A stretch of DNA of 64,000 nucleotides from an uncultured Candidatus Saccharibacteria bacterium (GCA_964617735.1 CAZTXT010000001.1:267589-331588), one strand, 5' to 3'; positions 27,659 through 37,213 are shown, numbered from the stretch's first letter. Notes: generated from the sequence alone by a model not told the origin. Numbers and translations are program-made.

Positions 27659-28356
27659 GATAGTTTGCGTTCTTGTCCATTCACTGTGTCGCTTTCGATG
27701 CGACCGTCTCTGATGTGAATGATGCGCTTGGCATGTCTAGCGACGTCAGGTTCGTGCGTGATGAGGATGATGGTGCGCCCTTGTTGCTGGTTGAGCGTCT
27801 TGAATGTCGAGAGTACGATCTCTCCGGTTTTGGTGTCGAGATTTCCCGTCGGTTCGTCGGCGAGGATGAGCGCGGGATCGTTGACGAGGGCTCGCGCGAT
27901 GGCCACCCGCTGTATTTGGCCGCCGGAGAGCTCATTGGAGCGATGGAGGAAATGTCCGGTATCGAAACCCGCTGCGGAAAGCGCAGCGGACGCTCTCCGT
28001 TCGCGCTCCACTCCCATGACGCCTGCATAGATGAGCGGAAGCGTCGTGTTGCGGAGCACCGTCGCGCGGGGCAGGAGATTGAATGATTGAAAGACGAAGC
28101 CTATTTTGTCCTTCCGTATATCGGCGAGCTCGTCGTCAGAGAGTTTTGATACGTCTTTCTCGTCGAGAAAGTAGGTGCCTGATGTTGGCGTGTCGAGCGC
28201 CCCCAAAATATGCATCAGCGTTGATTTCCCGGATCCCGACGGTCCCATGATGGCGACGAACTCGCCGTCAGAGATCGTGAAGCTGACGCCACGGAGCGCT
28301 TGAAACTCGATCGCGCCGGTCGTATAGGTTTTCGTAACGTTTTTTACTTCGATCAT
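27655..28356 (-). CDS. ABC transporter ATP-binding protein (MacB/LolD-type)
   Basis: Walker [10 protein letters not shown], signature LSGGQIQR, Walker [13 protein letters not shown]. Confidence 0.9.
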   Translation of the reverse strand: MIEVKNVTKTYTTGAIEFQALRGVSFTISDGEFVAIMGPSGSGKSTLMHILGALDTPTSGTYFLDEKDVSKLSDDELADIRKDKIGFVFQSFNLLPRATVLRNTTLPLIYAGVMGVERERRASAALSAAGFDTGHFLHRSNELSGGQIQRVAIARALVNDPALILADEPTGNLDTKTGEIVLSTFKTLNQQQGRTIILITHEPDVARHAKRIIHIRDGRIESDTVNGQERKLS

Positions 28357-28380
28357 TCGCTGTTCTGCGTTTACCCTGCA

Positions 28381-30189
28381 CTATCTCCCGATGAAGACAC
28401 GGTTTCCCGCGTTACCGCCTCCACCGGAGCCTCCGGTTCGGGTTCCGCCTCCAAAGAGGCTCGGTGCCGATTGCGCCGTAGCGGTCGTCTGACTTGCGGT
28501 GATGGTTCGGGTCACTATCTGGTCGCCTTCAGAGAGTCCCGAGATGATCTCCGTCTCGCTATCATTGGAGATCCCGACTTCGACCGGTTTCATTTGTGGC
28601 GCTATGGTCGAGGTAACACCCTGATTCCCCCCGGTCGTCGGAAGGGCAGGCGAGAAGACTTGCGCGACGCTCGTTCCGTTGACGGTTCGTATGGCGCTCG
28701 CAGGCACCATGAGGACGTCTTGATGCACGTCCGTGATGATCGAAGCGTTCGCGGTCATTCCCGGTTTTATCGGTGCGTTTTGGGTATCGAATGCTATTTT
28801 GACGTTGTATGATACGACCCCTTGGGAGACCGTGCCTACCGGATCGATCTCGGCGACTGAACCGGTCAACGAGAGTCCATCGATCGCGTCGAAGGTCAGC
28901 GTCGCTTTGTCGCCCACTTTTATCTTGGCCGCGTCCACTTCGTTGAGCGAGAGCGTCGCGATCTTTTGTGTGGTGATGAGCGTCGCGATCGTCGTTCCGG
29001 AACTCGCGCTATCGTGCACTTTCACATTGAACGCTGCGATGGTACCTGAAAACGGCGCGCGCACGGTATAGTCGGCAAGCGTCTGATTGAGGCTCACGAG
29101 GTTATCTTCTTGGTTTTGGATGCTATTCCTCGATATCTGAAGGCTTATCGGGTTACTGCCCGATGCATTCCCGACTTGAAGTAAGGTGATGTTCTGCTCG
29201 TCTGTTTTTATCCCCTGTTTATCCGTTTCGATCGCTTTCTTTTGCGACAAGAGGTCATTGAGCACGGTGTTTGTGGTCGAGAGCCAGGTGCGTGCGTTCG
29301 TTTGCATCGACGTCACTCCGGCGTTCAGGTGAAAATTGTGCGCTGAAGCGAGATCGGTAGTTTCGGAAAGAAGGTTGAGCTCGCTCTGCAGGCTCTGCGC
29401 TATGGCAGTTGCGGTGTCGATGGTCTCCCCCAAAAGTTTCTCGAGCTCGTCGCCGGTCGCGTATCGCGTTGTTTGTTTATATTCGAGTATACTCGCGTCA
29501 TATTTGCTCCGGGCGGTGGCGTAGTCGTTCGTTGCGCTGGTCGCGAAGGTTCGCATCGTCTCTCGATCGTCGTTCATGAAAAGATTCACGAGCGTGTCTA
29601 CGTTCCACTGGCTGTGTCCGTCGCTTAGATCATAGCCGAAGAGCGCATCGTGAATGCCCGTGATCACCGGGGGAAGATCGAGATATGCGTTCGATATCGT
29701 ATTGAAGGTGTCGACATAGGTCGTGGCCAGGTCTTCCTTCGCGCTTGCCAGCGCATCCTGCGCTTTTTGATAGTCTATCGGAGCTTGTGCGCTGTCCTTT
29801 TGGTATTGGAGATTGGCTTCAGCGAGCGATTGCTCGGCGTTCGTCACTGCTTTCTTTCCATCAGTGTTGTCGATGCTTGCAAGAGCCTCTCCTGTGTAAA
29901 CAGTATCGCCTGCTTTAACGCCGACCCAAACGATGTCGCCCGAGACCTTCGACTTTACATCAAGTTGCGTCGATGCCGATACTTGCCCGGATGCGGATAC
30001 AGAGGCGATAAGCGTGCTTTTCGTTACGGTACCGAGTATATAGCGTGTCTCACCGGAAGTCGAAGTCGCTCGTGCATACACCATGTACGCTCCCAAGAGC
30101 GCCGCAGCGATGATGATGACCGAGATGAGCTTGTGCGCGGTCGCGTAAGCTTTTATTTTTTGGAAAACAGGCAAGTTGTTGATGCGCAT
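28381..30189 (-). CDS. Periplasmic adaptor (HlyD/membrane-fusion) protein with a Gly-rich C-tail
   Basis: TM anchor, long coiled-coil region, beta-barrel/lipoyl-like segments. Ends in GGGTRTGGSGGGGNAGN. Start set at the internal MRINNLP (30189), after the upstream gene ends at 30227. Confidence 0.75.
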   Translation of the reverse strand: MRINNLPVFQKIKAYATAHKLISVIIIAAALLGAYMVYARATSTSGETRYILGTVTKSTLIASVSASGQVSASTQLDVKSKVSGDIVWVGVKAGDTVYTGEALASIDNTDGKKAVTNAEQSLAEANLQYQKDSAQAPIDYQKAQDALASAKEDLATTYVDTFNTISNAYLDLPPVITGIHDALFGYDLSDGHSQWNVDTLVNLFMNDDRETMRTFATSATNDYATARSKYDASILEYKQTTRYATGDELEKLLGETIDTATAIAQSLQSELNLLSETTDLASAHNFHLNAGVTSMQTNARTWLSTTNTVLNDLLSQKKAIETDKQGIKTDEQNITLLQVGNASGSNPISLQISRNSIQNQEDNLVSLNQTLADYTVRAPFSGTIAAFNVKVHDSASSGTTIATLITTQKIATLSLNEVDAAKIKVGDKATLTFDAIDGLSLTGSVAEIDPVGTVSQGVVSYNVKIAFDTQNAPIKPGMTANASIITDVHQDVLMVPASAIRTVNGTSVAQVFSPALPTTGGNQGVTSTIAPQMKPVEVGISNDSETEIISGLSEGDQIVTRTITASQTTATAQSAPSLFGGGTRTGGSGGGGNAGNRVFIGR

Positions 30190-30226
30190 GAATATTTTTA
30201 ATCGCAGAGTCCCCCTGGTAGTTCTC

Positions 30227-30712
30227 TTACCAATGCAGCACGGTTCCGGTCGCACTCTCTCCTACCGGCGGTTCGGGAAGAAGGCGGATCAGCTCTGCGT
30301 TTATCTGACCCTTTTCATTCGGTGAGCCGATGACTACGGCGAATTCTCCGACCGAAAGGTCAGTAGGAGCGATCGCGTCACGGAACCTTCGAATCTCGGT
30401 AGTACTGGCGATCGCGACCGCTTTCTCTACGTTCTCGCGGTCGGATATTAAGATTATGGGAAGGTCTACCTTGATTATCTTGCCGATCGTACCGTGGGCG
30501 TTAGGGAACTCCCGGTCGTGCGGGACCCGTATCATAAAATTGCCCGGATGCCCGCCGAAGGTTCGATAATAATTGTCGCCCCAGCGGTAGGAGAATTCAG
30601 CACGGTGGAAACCCACTGCCATGCCCGCTTGAAAGATAAAAAGCGCGACGATGAGGATGCCCAATCCCCACAGTATCGTTTTGAATACTTTTGACTCCAG
30701 GAAATTTCTCAT
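30227..30712 (-). CDS. Membrane-anchored periplasmic protein, DUF5666-like
   Basis: One TM helix, then GTIGKIIKVDLPIILISDRENVEKAVAIASTTEI...DLSVGEFAVVIGSPNEKGQINAELIRLLPE, which fits the same beta-rich pattern as 25973..26404. Confidence 0.4.
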   Translation of the reverse strand: MRNFLESKVFKTILWGLGILIVALFIFQAGMAVGFHRAEFSYRWGDNYYRTFGGHPGNFMIRVPHDREFPNAHGTIGKIIKVDLPIILISDRENVEKAVAIASTTEIRRFRDAIAPTDLSVGEFAVVIGSPNEKGQINAELIRLLPEPPVGESATGTVLHW

Positions 30713-31128
30713 GCTCGATGGAGCCTATGCCCGCTGATGCCCTGCGCGGCGCGCAGGGTCGACACCAGCGCTTTGACTGATCCTAAAAATACGAAAAGCG
30801 CCGCAAGAGAAGCGGTGATGCTCATCAGCGGCACTGAATCGGTGACTGCCAGCGCGAAATCTTTCCAGTAGAGAAGCATCGTTTGTCCGTCCGAGAGGAG
30901 TAGAGAGAGGTAGTTGTTCAAGCCGGACTGCGAGAGACCTGAAACGGCATACTGGAGAGCGGGAATGAATGCACCCAAGGATATGACCGAAAGAGCGCCA
31001 AAGAGATAGGATCGCCGGCGCGCCTGTGTGCTCGCTTCGATGCTGATGCGTCCTATAATGGCTTGGTAGAGGCCTTTGGGCGGCTCTTTGTGCCGCACAT
31101 GGGCAAATAGTTTCTCATATGGATCCAT
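30709..31128 (-). CDS. Putative anti-sigma-like membrane protein (start uncertain)
   Basis: MDPYEKLFAHVRHKEPPKGLYQAIIGRI, then a TM helix (LFGALSVISLGAFIPAL). Follows the ECF sigma gene. Alternative starts at 31182 or 31287 would place a perfect 13-bp palindrome inside the coding sequence. Confidence 0.4.
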   Translation of the reverse strand: MDPYEKLFAHVRHKEPPKGLYQAIIGRISIEASTQARRRSYLFGALSVISLGAFIPALQYAVSGLSQSGLNNYLSLLLSDGQTMLLYWKDFALAVTDSVPLMSITASLAALFVFLGSVKALVSTLRAAQGISGHRLHRA

Positions 31129-31140
31129 AGGAAAGTATAC

Positions 31141-31175
31141 GAAAGAAGGATGCCCATCTGGTGCATCCTTCTTTC
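31141..31175 (-). promoter_or_regulatory. Perfect 13-bp inverted repeat (hairpin) between the ECF sigma gene and the downstream gene
   Basis: GAAAGAAGGATGC - 9 nt - GCATCCTTCTTTC. There is no T-run afterwards, so this is a candidate attenuator, translational hairpin or protein-binding site rather than a canonical terminator. Confidence 0.5.
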
Positions 31176-31252
31176 TGAACATCCGAATAAAGGTCGTCAA
31201 ATTCGGGGAGTCCTTATAAACTTTCGCGCGAAACAGAGGCGAGTGCCTCTGA

Positions 31253-31837
31253 TTACTGTAACGAGCCTTCGTTGAGTTTTGGTGCATCCAGATTCTTGCG
31301 CAATGCTATCAGAGCCCGGCGGTGCTGGCTTTTAACGGTATTGAGCGGTTTCCTAAGTATGGTGCCTATCTCATCGAAGGTGAGTTCCTCGAAATAATAG
31401 AGATTGAGCACTTCTCGGTAGCGCGGATGGAGCGTAAGGAGCATCTTCTCTAAGAATGCTTTATCATATGCGCGCGCAAGCACCTCGTCGGGAAGCGCTT
31501 GCGTATCTGCGAGCTTCTCTGTCAGGGTGTTCCCGTCCTCATCGTCATCGAAGTCGGAGAAATGAAGGTGTTTTCGCTTCCGGAGCCAATCGATAGCCGT
31601 CCGATGTGCGATCGTAAAAAGCCATGTTTTGAAACTCTGCTGCGGGCGATATTTTTTGATATGCCGCCACACCTTCACAAACGTCTCTTGAGTTATGTCT
31701 TCGGCATCGGCCGAGGAGCCCGTCATGACATACGTATAATTATAGATAGATGCAAGATGCCGGTTGATAAGGACGCCGAGGGCGTGCGGATTCCCCTCTA
31801 GGTGCTCCTCGATGAATTGTTCGTCGGTTCGTTCCAT
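31253..31837 (-). CDS. ECF-type RNA polymerase sigma factor (second copy)
   Basis: Region 2 DAEDITQETFVKVWRHIKKY...TWLFTIAHRTAIDWLRKRK and region 4 LNLYYFEELTFDEIGTILRKPLNTVKSQHRRAL. Confidence 0.85.
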   Translation of the reverse strand: MERTDEQFIEEHLEGNPHALGVLINRHLASIYNYTYVMTGSSADAEDITQETFVKVWRHIKKYRPQQSFKTWLFTIAHRTAIDWLRKRKHLHFSDFDDDEDGNTLTEKLADTQALPDEVLARAYDKAFLEKMLLTLHPRYREVLNLYYFEELTFDEIGTILRKPLNTVKSQHRRALIALRKNLDAPKLNEGSLQ

Positions 31838-31953
31838 AGCTGCGGGGGGATTTTAGGCGGCATCAGTGTAGCATGTCTCGACCCTCTATTCATCTAAGCG
31901 CTCTACCGCAAGGGATTGCGAACATTGGCGAAAGCAAAAAGGAGGTATAGTAT

Positions 31954-32562
31954 ATGGCTATGAAAAAGAATCTCATTATCGTGGCAGTCGTGGTCGTCGT
32001 CATTATCGCGGCACTGCTCGTATTCTGGAGATCAAAACCACAAGAGCCAGAGGTTGTGACTCCGCAGCCGGAGGTCCTTAATACCTACGCTTCCTCGACG
32101 CTCGGCGTGTCGCTGAGTTATCCACAAGGTTTTAGCGTCAATGAATCGTACACCTACGACCAGTTCGGTCCGAAAAAACCCATTCACGGAGTTAAGTTCA
32201 CTATTCCAGCTGCCATGGCTACGGGCACGAATCTCGGGACTGATACGGGAATTTCCGTAGAAACTCTGCCGCGTGCGAAAAATTGCACGGGCGACATCTA
32301 CCTCTACGATAATGTCACTGCGCATCAGTATACCGAAGGCGGCATTACCTACTCGATTGCTTCTTCTACCGGCGCGGGTGCGGGGAATAGGTACGAAGAG
32401 ACCGTCTATGCATTCTCGACCAGCTCGCCGTGCACAGCGATCCGTTATTTCATACACTACGGCGTCATCGACAACTACCCTGACACGGTCAAAGAATTTG
32501 ACCGAAACACGCTGGTTCGGACGTTTGATACGATCCGCCGCTCGGTCTCGTTTATGCGCTGA
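31954..32562 (+). CDS. Hypothetical membrane-anchored/secreted protein
   Basis: N-terminal TM (LIIVAVVVVVIIAALLVFW), then a 170-aa hydrophilic domain. No recognisable motif. Confidence 0.5.
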   Translation: MAMKKNLIIVAVVVVVIIAALLVFWRSKPQEPEVVTPQPEVLNTYASSTLGVSLSYPQGFSVNESYTYDQFGPKKPIHGVKFTIPAAMATGTNLGTDTGISVETLPRAKNCTGDIYLYDNVTAHQYTEGGITYSIASSTGAGAGNRYEETVYAFSTSSPCTAIRYFIHYGVIDNYPDTVKEFDRNTLVRTFDTIRRSVSFMR

Positions 32563-32581
32563 TCATCCGCTTCCAGCGACC

Positions 32582-32743
32582 ATGAACCCTAAACTCATGT
32601 GGCTTTTGATAGGAGTAGGTTCTGTGATCGGCGGAGCGATACCAGGTCTTTGGGGCGCCGGTATCTTCTCTTTTTCATCCCTTATATTCAGCACAGCGGG
32701 CGCGTTTGGGGGACTGTGGCTTGCCTATAAAATAGGGCAGTAA
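32582..32743 (+). CDS. GlsB/YeaQ/YmgE-family small membrane protein
   Basis: 53 aa, MNPKLMWLLIGVGSVIGGAIPGLWGAGIF...TAGAFGGLWLAYKIGQ. The Gly-zipper two-helix pattern matches the transglycosylase-associated family. Start chosen at the in-frame ATG at 32582, inside the longer listed ORF. Confidence 0.55.
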   Translation: MNPKLMWLLIGVGSVIGGAIPGLWGAGIFSFSSLIFSTAGAFGGLWLAYKIGQ

Positions 32744-32848
32744 ATCTGTTCAAAGAAACCTAAGGAGAAAAAACAGAATCAAATGGCCGCCAAGGCAGCC
32801 GTTTTGTTTTTTGCTGGAAAAATGTGAAGAAAGATATATACTGGCACC

Positions 32849-33283
32849 ATGCCAGTAAAAAGTTACAAAGTCTACGGAGACAGTGGGGAAGCAGAGGTGG
32901 TCAGGCTTATTAAATGTCCAAACTGCGATCACGATTTAATGCTTTTGCCTCCAAGCTACCCACTTTTTGATGTTCAGTGCAAGGCTTGTGATTTCCGGGC
33001 GCAGGTAAAAAGTTCAAGCTCGAAGCCGACCGATATTCTTCGCGGAGCTGGTTGGGATATTATGGATAAGGTATTGAAGTCTGGTAAGCTCGTTCCACCC
33101 CTTATTGTTAATTTTAAATGGAAAATGAGGGGGAAAAATAGGCAAGAGGTCAGGTTCTATCCTTTTATAAAGCGATCCTCTCTGCAGAAATACACGGCGA
33201 ATATAAAGAGCGTTGGTCGCGTTTACAAAATGTTTACCTACAAGCTTCGAGGAATTCTTTTCTTTGTTTTATATTCTCGATGA
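32849..33283 (+). CDS. Hypothetical zinc-ribbon protein
   Basis: CPNC..(24)..CKAC N-terminal Cys4 ribbon, followed by a basic ~90-aa domain. AT-rich gene with no family recognised. Confidence 0.45.
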   Translation: MPVKSYKVYGDSGEAEVVRLIKCPNCDHDLMLLPPSYPLFDVQCKACDFRAQVKSSSSKPTDILRGAGWDIMDKVLKSGKLVPPLIVNFKWKMRGKNRQEVRFYPFIKRSSLQKYTANIKSVGRVYKMFTYKLRGILFFVLYSR

Positions 33284-33348
33284 TTAAAAGGTGTGTGCGG
33301 CATGGTTCCTAGTACTATCTCTAGCAATTTTTATGATACAATGGCTCT

Positions 33349-33684
33349 ATGAAACTTCTTGCGCGCTGGATCATTAATGCACTAGTCATACTCGCGGCGT
33401 CGTATATTCTCCCTGGCGTCACTGTCAGCGGCTTTGTCGCGGCATTGGTCGTCGCGTTGGTGCTCGGTGCACTCAATATCCTTATCAAACCGATCCTTAT
33501 TATTCTTACCCTTCCCATTACCATTATCACGTTCGGGCTCTTCGTGCTCGTGATAAACACGGGGCTTATCATGCTCGCGAGTGCTTTGGTGCCTGGTTTC
33601 GCTGTCGCCGGTTTCTGGAACGCATTTCTCTTCGGCATCGTGCTCTCTATCACGCATGCTGTTGTTCACAAGGCGTTCAAGTAG
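33349..33684 (+). CDS. DUF360/phage-holin-4_2-family membrane protein
   Basis: Four TM helices. WIINALVILAASYILPGVTVSGFVAALVVALVLGALNILIKPILIILTLPITIITFGLF matches the DUF360 core. Confidence 0.65.
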   Translation: MKLLARWIINALVILAASYILPGVTVSGFVAALVVALVLGALNILIKPILIILTLPITIITFGLFVLVINTGLIMLASALVPGFAVAGFWNAFLFGIVLSITHAVVHKAFK

Positions 33685-33748
33685 TATCGGATGGGTTCAC
33701 AGACCAAAAGCGGATTTACCCTCACATTAAATATTTCCAATACTCCAA

Positions 33749-34249
33749 CTAGTCGGGGTTTGTGACCTGAAACGAAGCGATGAGATAGCCGCCGCCACGC
33801 TTTTCGAGCCGGATCGTCGCTTGGTATGACCCGGCATTCCCTCCATGCGTGATTTCTTCGCTGGTCATCTCCACAACGTCACCGACGACGGTGTATGAAT
33901 CGTCCGGATTTTTCGTCACCGAGAGCACGGTGATATGATCGGGCCACGGGCTTGAGGTCAGGCGTCCGGGCGCTTCGCGCATCGGGTCGTTGCTCCAAAG
34001 GGAGAGGGTCTCGGGGGTCAGGTAGGGCGTATAGTATTGATCGATCGCCTGCGCGGCCGCCTCGCGACTTCCGGATAATGAGACTTTTTGCAATTGTCTG
34101 CCGAATCCCTCGATGAAAGAGGCTATATGCGAACTCTCGTCGGTTTGAGGCGCCGGTGGTGTTCGCGCTGACAGTAGGGCCCACACAATGAGCGCTGCGG
34201 CGGCTATGACCGTAAGTCCCGAAACGATCGTTGAGCTTTTGTAATGCAT
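33749..34249 (-). CDS. Hypothetical membrane-anchored protein
   Basis: N-terminal TM, then a 130-aa domain. Preferred over the overlapping Arg-rich 33879..34571 ORF, which is antisense to the HIT gene. Confidence 0.45.
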   Translation of the reverse strand: MHYKSSTIVSGLTVIAAAALIVWALLSARTPPAPQTDESSHIASFIEGFGRQLQKVSLSGSREAAAQAIDQYYTPYLTPETLSLWSNDPMREAPGRLTSSPWPDHITVLSVTKNPDDSYTVVGDVVEMTSEEITHGGNAGSYQATIRLEKRGGGYLIASFQVTNPD

Positions 34250-34352
34250 GCAGTGTGCCTATACTAGCATGTTTTACGCGTGCTATTATGGAGATGTTGT
34301 CTGGAGAATATTTATATACAAGCCGATTCGGCATTTTTAAAATACATGCACT

Positions 34353-34805
34353 ATGCTCTATAAAGATCTGATACAACAGCGGACAGACTCTTCGGAATGT
34401 CCTTTTTGCGGCGGTGCCAACCGCGTCGTTAAAGAAACCCCGTTGGCCTACCTTACCTACGCGCTCGCGCCCTATCACAAGCACCATCTCCTGATTGTGC
34501 CTAAACGCCACATCATCTCGCTCCACGACATTACGCGCAATGAGATGGAGGACATGCTCGACCTCCAGCACTTCGGTATCGGACTCCTGCGCGCTTTAGG
34601 CTATGAGGATGTCTCGATCCTTATCCGCGAAGGCAGAAAGACCGGCCAGAGCATCAAGCATTTGCATTATCATGCGATTCCCAATATCCGTATCGGCGAT
34701 CTTGACCATGAGGGGAATGACCGGAAAGTGATGACTGATGCGGAAGTCGAGAAGATCTTCGGAGAGCTTAAGAAAGTGGCTACGGAGCGTGAGAATAAGA
34801 TGTAG
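34353..34805 (+). CDS. HIT-family hydrolase (GalT/HIT-like)
   Basis: Histidine triad HLHYHAIP. N-terminal CPFCGG zinc-binding motif. Confidence 0.75.
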   Translation: MLYKDLIQQRTDSSECPFCGGANRVVKETPLAYLTYALAPYHKHHLLIVPKRHIISLHDITRNEMEDMLDLQHFGIGLLRALGYEDVSILIREGRKTGQSIKHLHYHAIPNIRIGDLDHEGNDRKVMTDAEVEKIFGELKKVATERENKM

Positions 34806-35028
34806 AGGTTAGGGTTCCCTTGAGGGTTTTTGACAAATATTGAGGACCGATTTCTAGCCGATGACTTATCCACAACCCCCTTGCCGTGCGGGATTCCCGG
34901 GTGTATTATTTTCCATGTAAGCATTTTAATGCTTACTATGTTCTTCGCTCCTTTATGGAGCATCACTTTCCGAGGCTTTCGATCGATGATCGAGGGCCTC
35001 TTCCTTTTTATGCGTTATACTAGAGGTC

Positions 35029-35232
35029 ATGGATGAACATGAAAAAATAGAAAAGAAACTTTCCGAAATAGAGGCGAAGGTAGATGCGGTTTTTGCTTCG
35101 TCGGAGAAAATGCGCAAATATTTCCTCTGGACGCTCGTTATCACCATAGTGGTCATTGTGGGTCCGCTACTCATCCTCCCCTTCGTTATTCCCGCGTTTC
35201 TCTCCTCCGTTACGCTTCCTTCGGGTTTCTAA
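35029..35232 (+). CDS. Small membrane protein
   Basis: 67 aa. A charged helical N-terminus, then a TM helix (FLWTLVITIVVIVGPLLILPFVIPAFL). Confidence 0.4.
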   Translation: MDEHEKIEKKLSEIEAKVDAVFASSEKMRKYFLWTLVITIVVIVGPLLILPFVIPAFLSSVTLPSGF

Positions 35233-35233
35233 G

Positions 35234-35536
35234 ATGAAAGTCCTCTTCGTGATGCTCGTTGCCGCCGGTATCGTCTGGTATTTTGGTTTCTATTCGAAAG
35301 ATGCCCTCTTCCATGATTACTCGAACGACAGTGGCTACTTTCTCGGACGCCAGATATGTCCTGACCTCAAGCCTAAGAATCCCTATGCCCCTTTGTCATC
35401 GGAATATGAGGGCTTTTCGTGGGGTGAAGCGCATCCAGGGGAGGCGTGTCAGAGCGCTCTCGAGCAGTTCAATATGGGTTGTCTTGAGCATCAACGGCAA
35501 GCGTCTGCCTATGCGAACTGTACAAAAAACCCTTGA
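35234..35536 (+). CDS. Small secreted Cys-containing protein
   Basis: ATG 1 nt after the upstream stop. Signal peptide MKVLFVMLVAAGIVW and four Cys in the mature part. The listed longer ORF starting at 35156 overlaps the upstream gene. Confidence 0.45.
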   Translation: MKVLFVMLVAAGIVWYFGFYSKDALFHDYSNDSGYFLGRQICPDLKPKNPYAPLSSEYEGFSWGEAHPGEACQSALEQFNMGCLEHQRQASAYANCTKNP

Positions 35537-35676
35537 TATTTCACAATTATGCCTGTGGCCCCTACGGTAATGTTTTCCGAGTCTTTTCGTCTCTTTTTGT
35601 AAGGCCTACAGTGGCCCTGGGGCGCCTAGAATAAATATATCGCCCCATCACGTTTAGCAATATAACAAACTATATT

Positions 35677-37200
35677 ATGAAAAAGTACAGTATCGCGGGA
35701 TTTTTAGTCTCGCTCGCTGTAGTCTTCTCTCCGGCTTTGAGCTTCGCTCAGACAAATACGAGCGCAGCTGCGCAAGTAAAGGCGAATATCGACAGCCTCT
35801 TGTCAAAGGTGGCTGCTTTGCAAGCGCAGATCCAGTTGGTCAATCAGCAGAAGGCCGACATCAATCAACAGATACGTCTGACGCGCTCGCTCTATCGCGG
35901 ACTCTCAGGAGATGATGTCAAAGTGCTCCAGCAGATGCTTGCACAGGACTCGCAAGTGTATCCGGAAGGGTTCATCACCGGGCATTTCGGAGCATTGACC
36001 GAAAAAGCGGTAAAGAAATTCCAGAAGAAATACGGCATCGAACAGGCTGGTATCGTCGGCCCGAAGACTTCTAAACAGCTCAATAAGCTGTTCGCCCAGT
36101 TGAACAAGGACGCCAATGGCAAGGGCGATGATGACCAGGGTGAGAACGAAGATGGTCATCATGCAACTTCGACGCGCTCCGATGATGAGGAGCATAAAGT
36201 GACGATCTGTCACAAGGGACAGGAAACCATATCAGTGGATACCCATGCGCTCCAAGCTCATTTAGGGCATGGAGATAGCATCGGCGCTTGCTCCGGTGGA
36301 ACCTCGACGACCACGCCTGATGTACTCCCGCCGGTGATTTCGTCGGTCTCGGCCTCGATCAATTCAACGTCGGCGACCATCAACTGGAGCACCAATGAGC
36401 CTTCGACATCGCTCGTATGGCTCGCCAGTTCGACTCCGGTGACCAGTGCTTCCGGCAAGATGAGCAATTCGAACGGATCGCTCGTGTTCAGCCATTCTTT
36501 GAGCTTCACTACGCTCTCTGCAAGCACGACGTATTATTATTTCGTTGTCTCCACCGACGCTTCCGGCAATACCGCGACGAGTTCCGAACACTCATTCACC
36601 ACACCTCCTGAAGTCTCGGACACGACTGCACCGTTTATCTTCGGTGTTTCAGCAACGCCGCTGGTTAACAGCGCTTCGATCTCTTGGATGACCAACGAGT
36701 CCTCGAACTCACGGGTATGGTTTGCAACGTCAACTGATATCCTCAATGCCTCAAACAAGCAGATGACGAGCGACCTGTCTCTGACCACGAACCATACGGT
36801 GGGCCTCTCGGGTCTCACCTCGGCTACGACGTACTACTTCCTCGTAGTTTCGGCAGATGCAGCGGGCAACACCGCAACGAGCACCTCGAATCTCTACACC
36901 TTCACGACCTTGCCCTTGAGCATCTCGAGCATCGTCGCAACACCGGCGAGCACCACAGCCTCGATCAACTGGAACACGAATGTCTCATCTGATTCGAAGG
37001 TCTGGTACGCGACTTCGACTCCGGTCGTAAGCGCGTCAGGGAAGCTCTCGGCCTCAAATTCCGCTTCGGTTACGGGGCATTCGATCACGCTTACCAATCT
37101 TGCAACGAGCACGACGTACTACTATGTCGTCGTTTCCAAGGATTCCTTCGGGAATGCCGCGACGAGTTCTGACAACTCGTTCGTGACGCTCGCTCTCTAA
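35677..37200 (+). CDS. Secreted protein with a PG-binding domain and three tandem FN3-like repeats
   Basis: Signal peptide ending AQT. PG_binding_1-like unit (VKVLQQMLAQDSQVYPEGFITGHFGALTEKAVKKFQ). His/Cys block HKVTICHKGQETISV. Three ~95-aa repeats share SASI.W.TNE.S.S.VW.ATST...TTYYY.VVS.D..GNTATS, which is also found in the first gene at 399-665. Confidence 0.7.
   Translation: MKKYSIAGFLVSLAVVFSPALSFAQTNTSAAAQVKANIDSLLSKVAALQAQIQLVNQQKADINQQIRLTRSLYRGLSGDDVKVLQQMLAQDSQVYPEGFITGHFGALTEKAVKKFQKKYGIEQAGIVGPKTSKQLNKLFAQLNKDANGKGDDDQGENEDGHHATSTRSDDEEHKVTICHKGQETISVDTHALQAHLGHGDSIGACSGGTSTTTPDVLPPVISSVSASINSTSATINWSTNEPSTSLVWLASSTPVTSASGKMSNSNGSLVFSHSLSFTTLSASTTYYYFVVSTDASGNTATSSEHSFTTPPEVSDTTAPFIFGVSATPLVNSASISWMTNESSNSRVWFATSTDILNASNKQMTSDLSLTTNHTVGLSGLTSATTYYFLVVSADAAGNTATSTSNLYTFTTLPLSISSIVATPASTTASINWNTNVSSDSKVWYATSTPVVSASGKLSASNSASVTGHSITLTNLATSTTYYYVVVSKDSFGNAATSSDNSFVTLAL
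36337..37197 (+). repeat. Three tandem ~290-bp coding repeats (FN3-like units)
   Basis: Protein-level periodicity is visible in the 35677..37200 translation. The DNA copies are diverged. Confidence 0.7.
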
Positions 37201-37213
37201 AGCGGGTACGCGA

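Noticed and set aside
33879-34571. 230-aa ORF on the minus strand
   Set aside because: Arg-rich, and it overlaps both the 33749..34249 gene (different frame) and the HIT gene (antisense). The HIT gene has clear catalytic motifs, so this ORF is spurious.
36337-37197. Tandem repeats as a possible CRISPR array
   Set aside because: The repeats are ~290 bp, in frame and encode FN3 units. No short repeat-spacer periodicity is present anywhere in the window.
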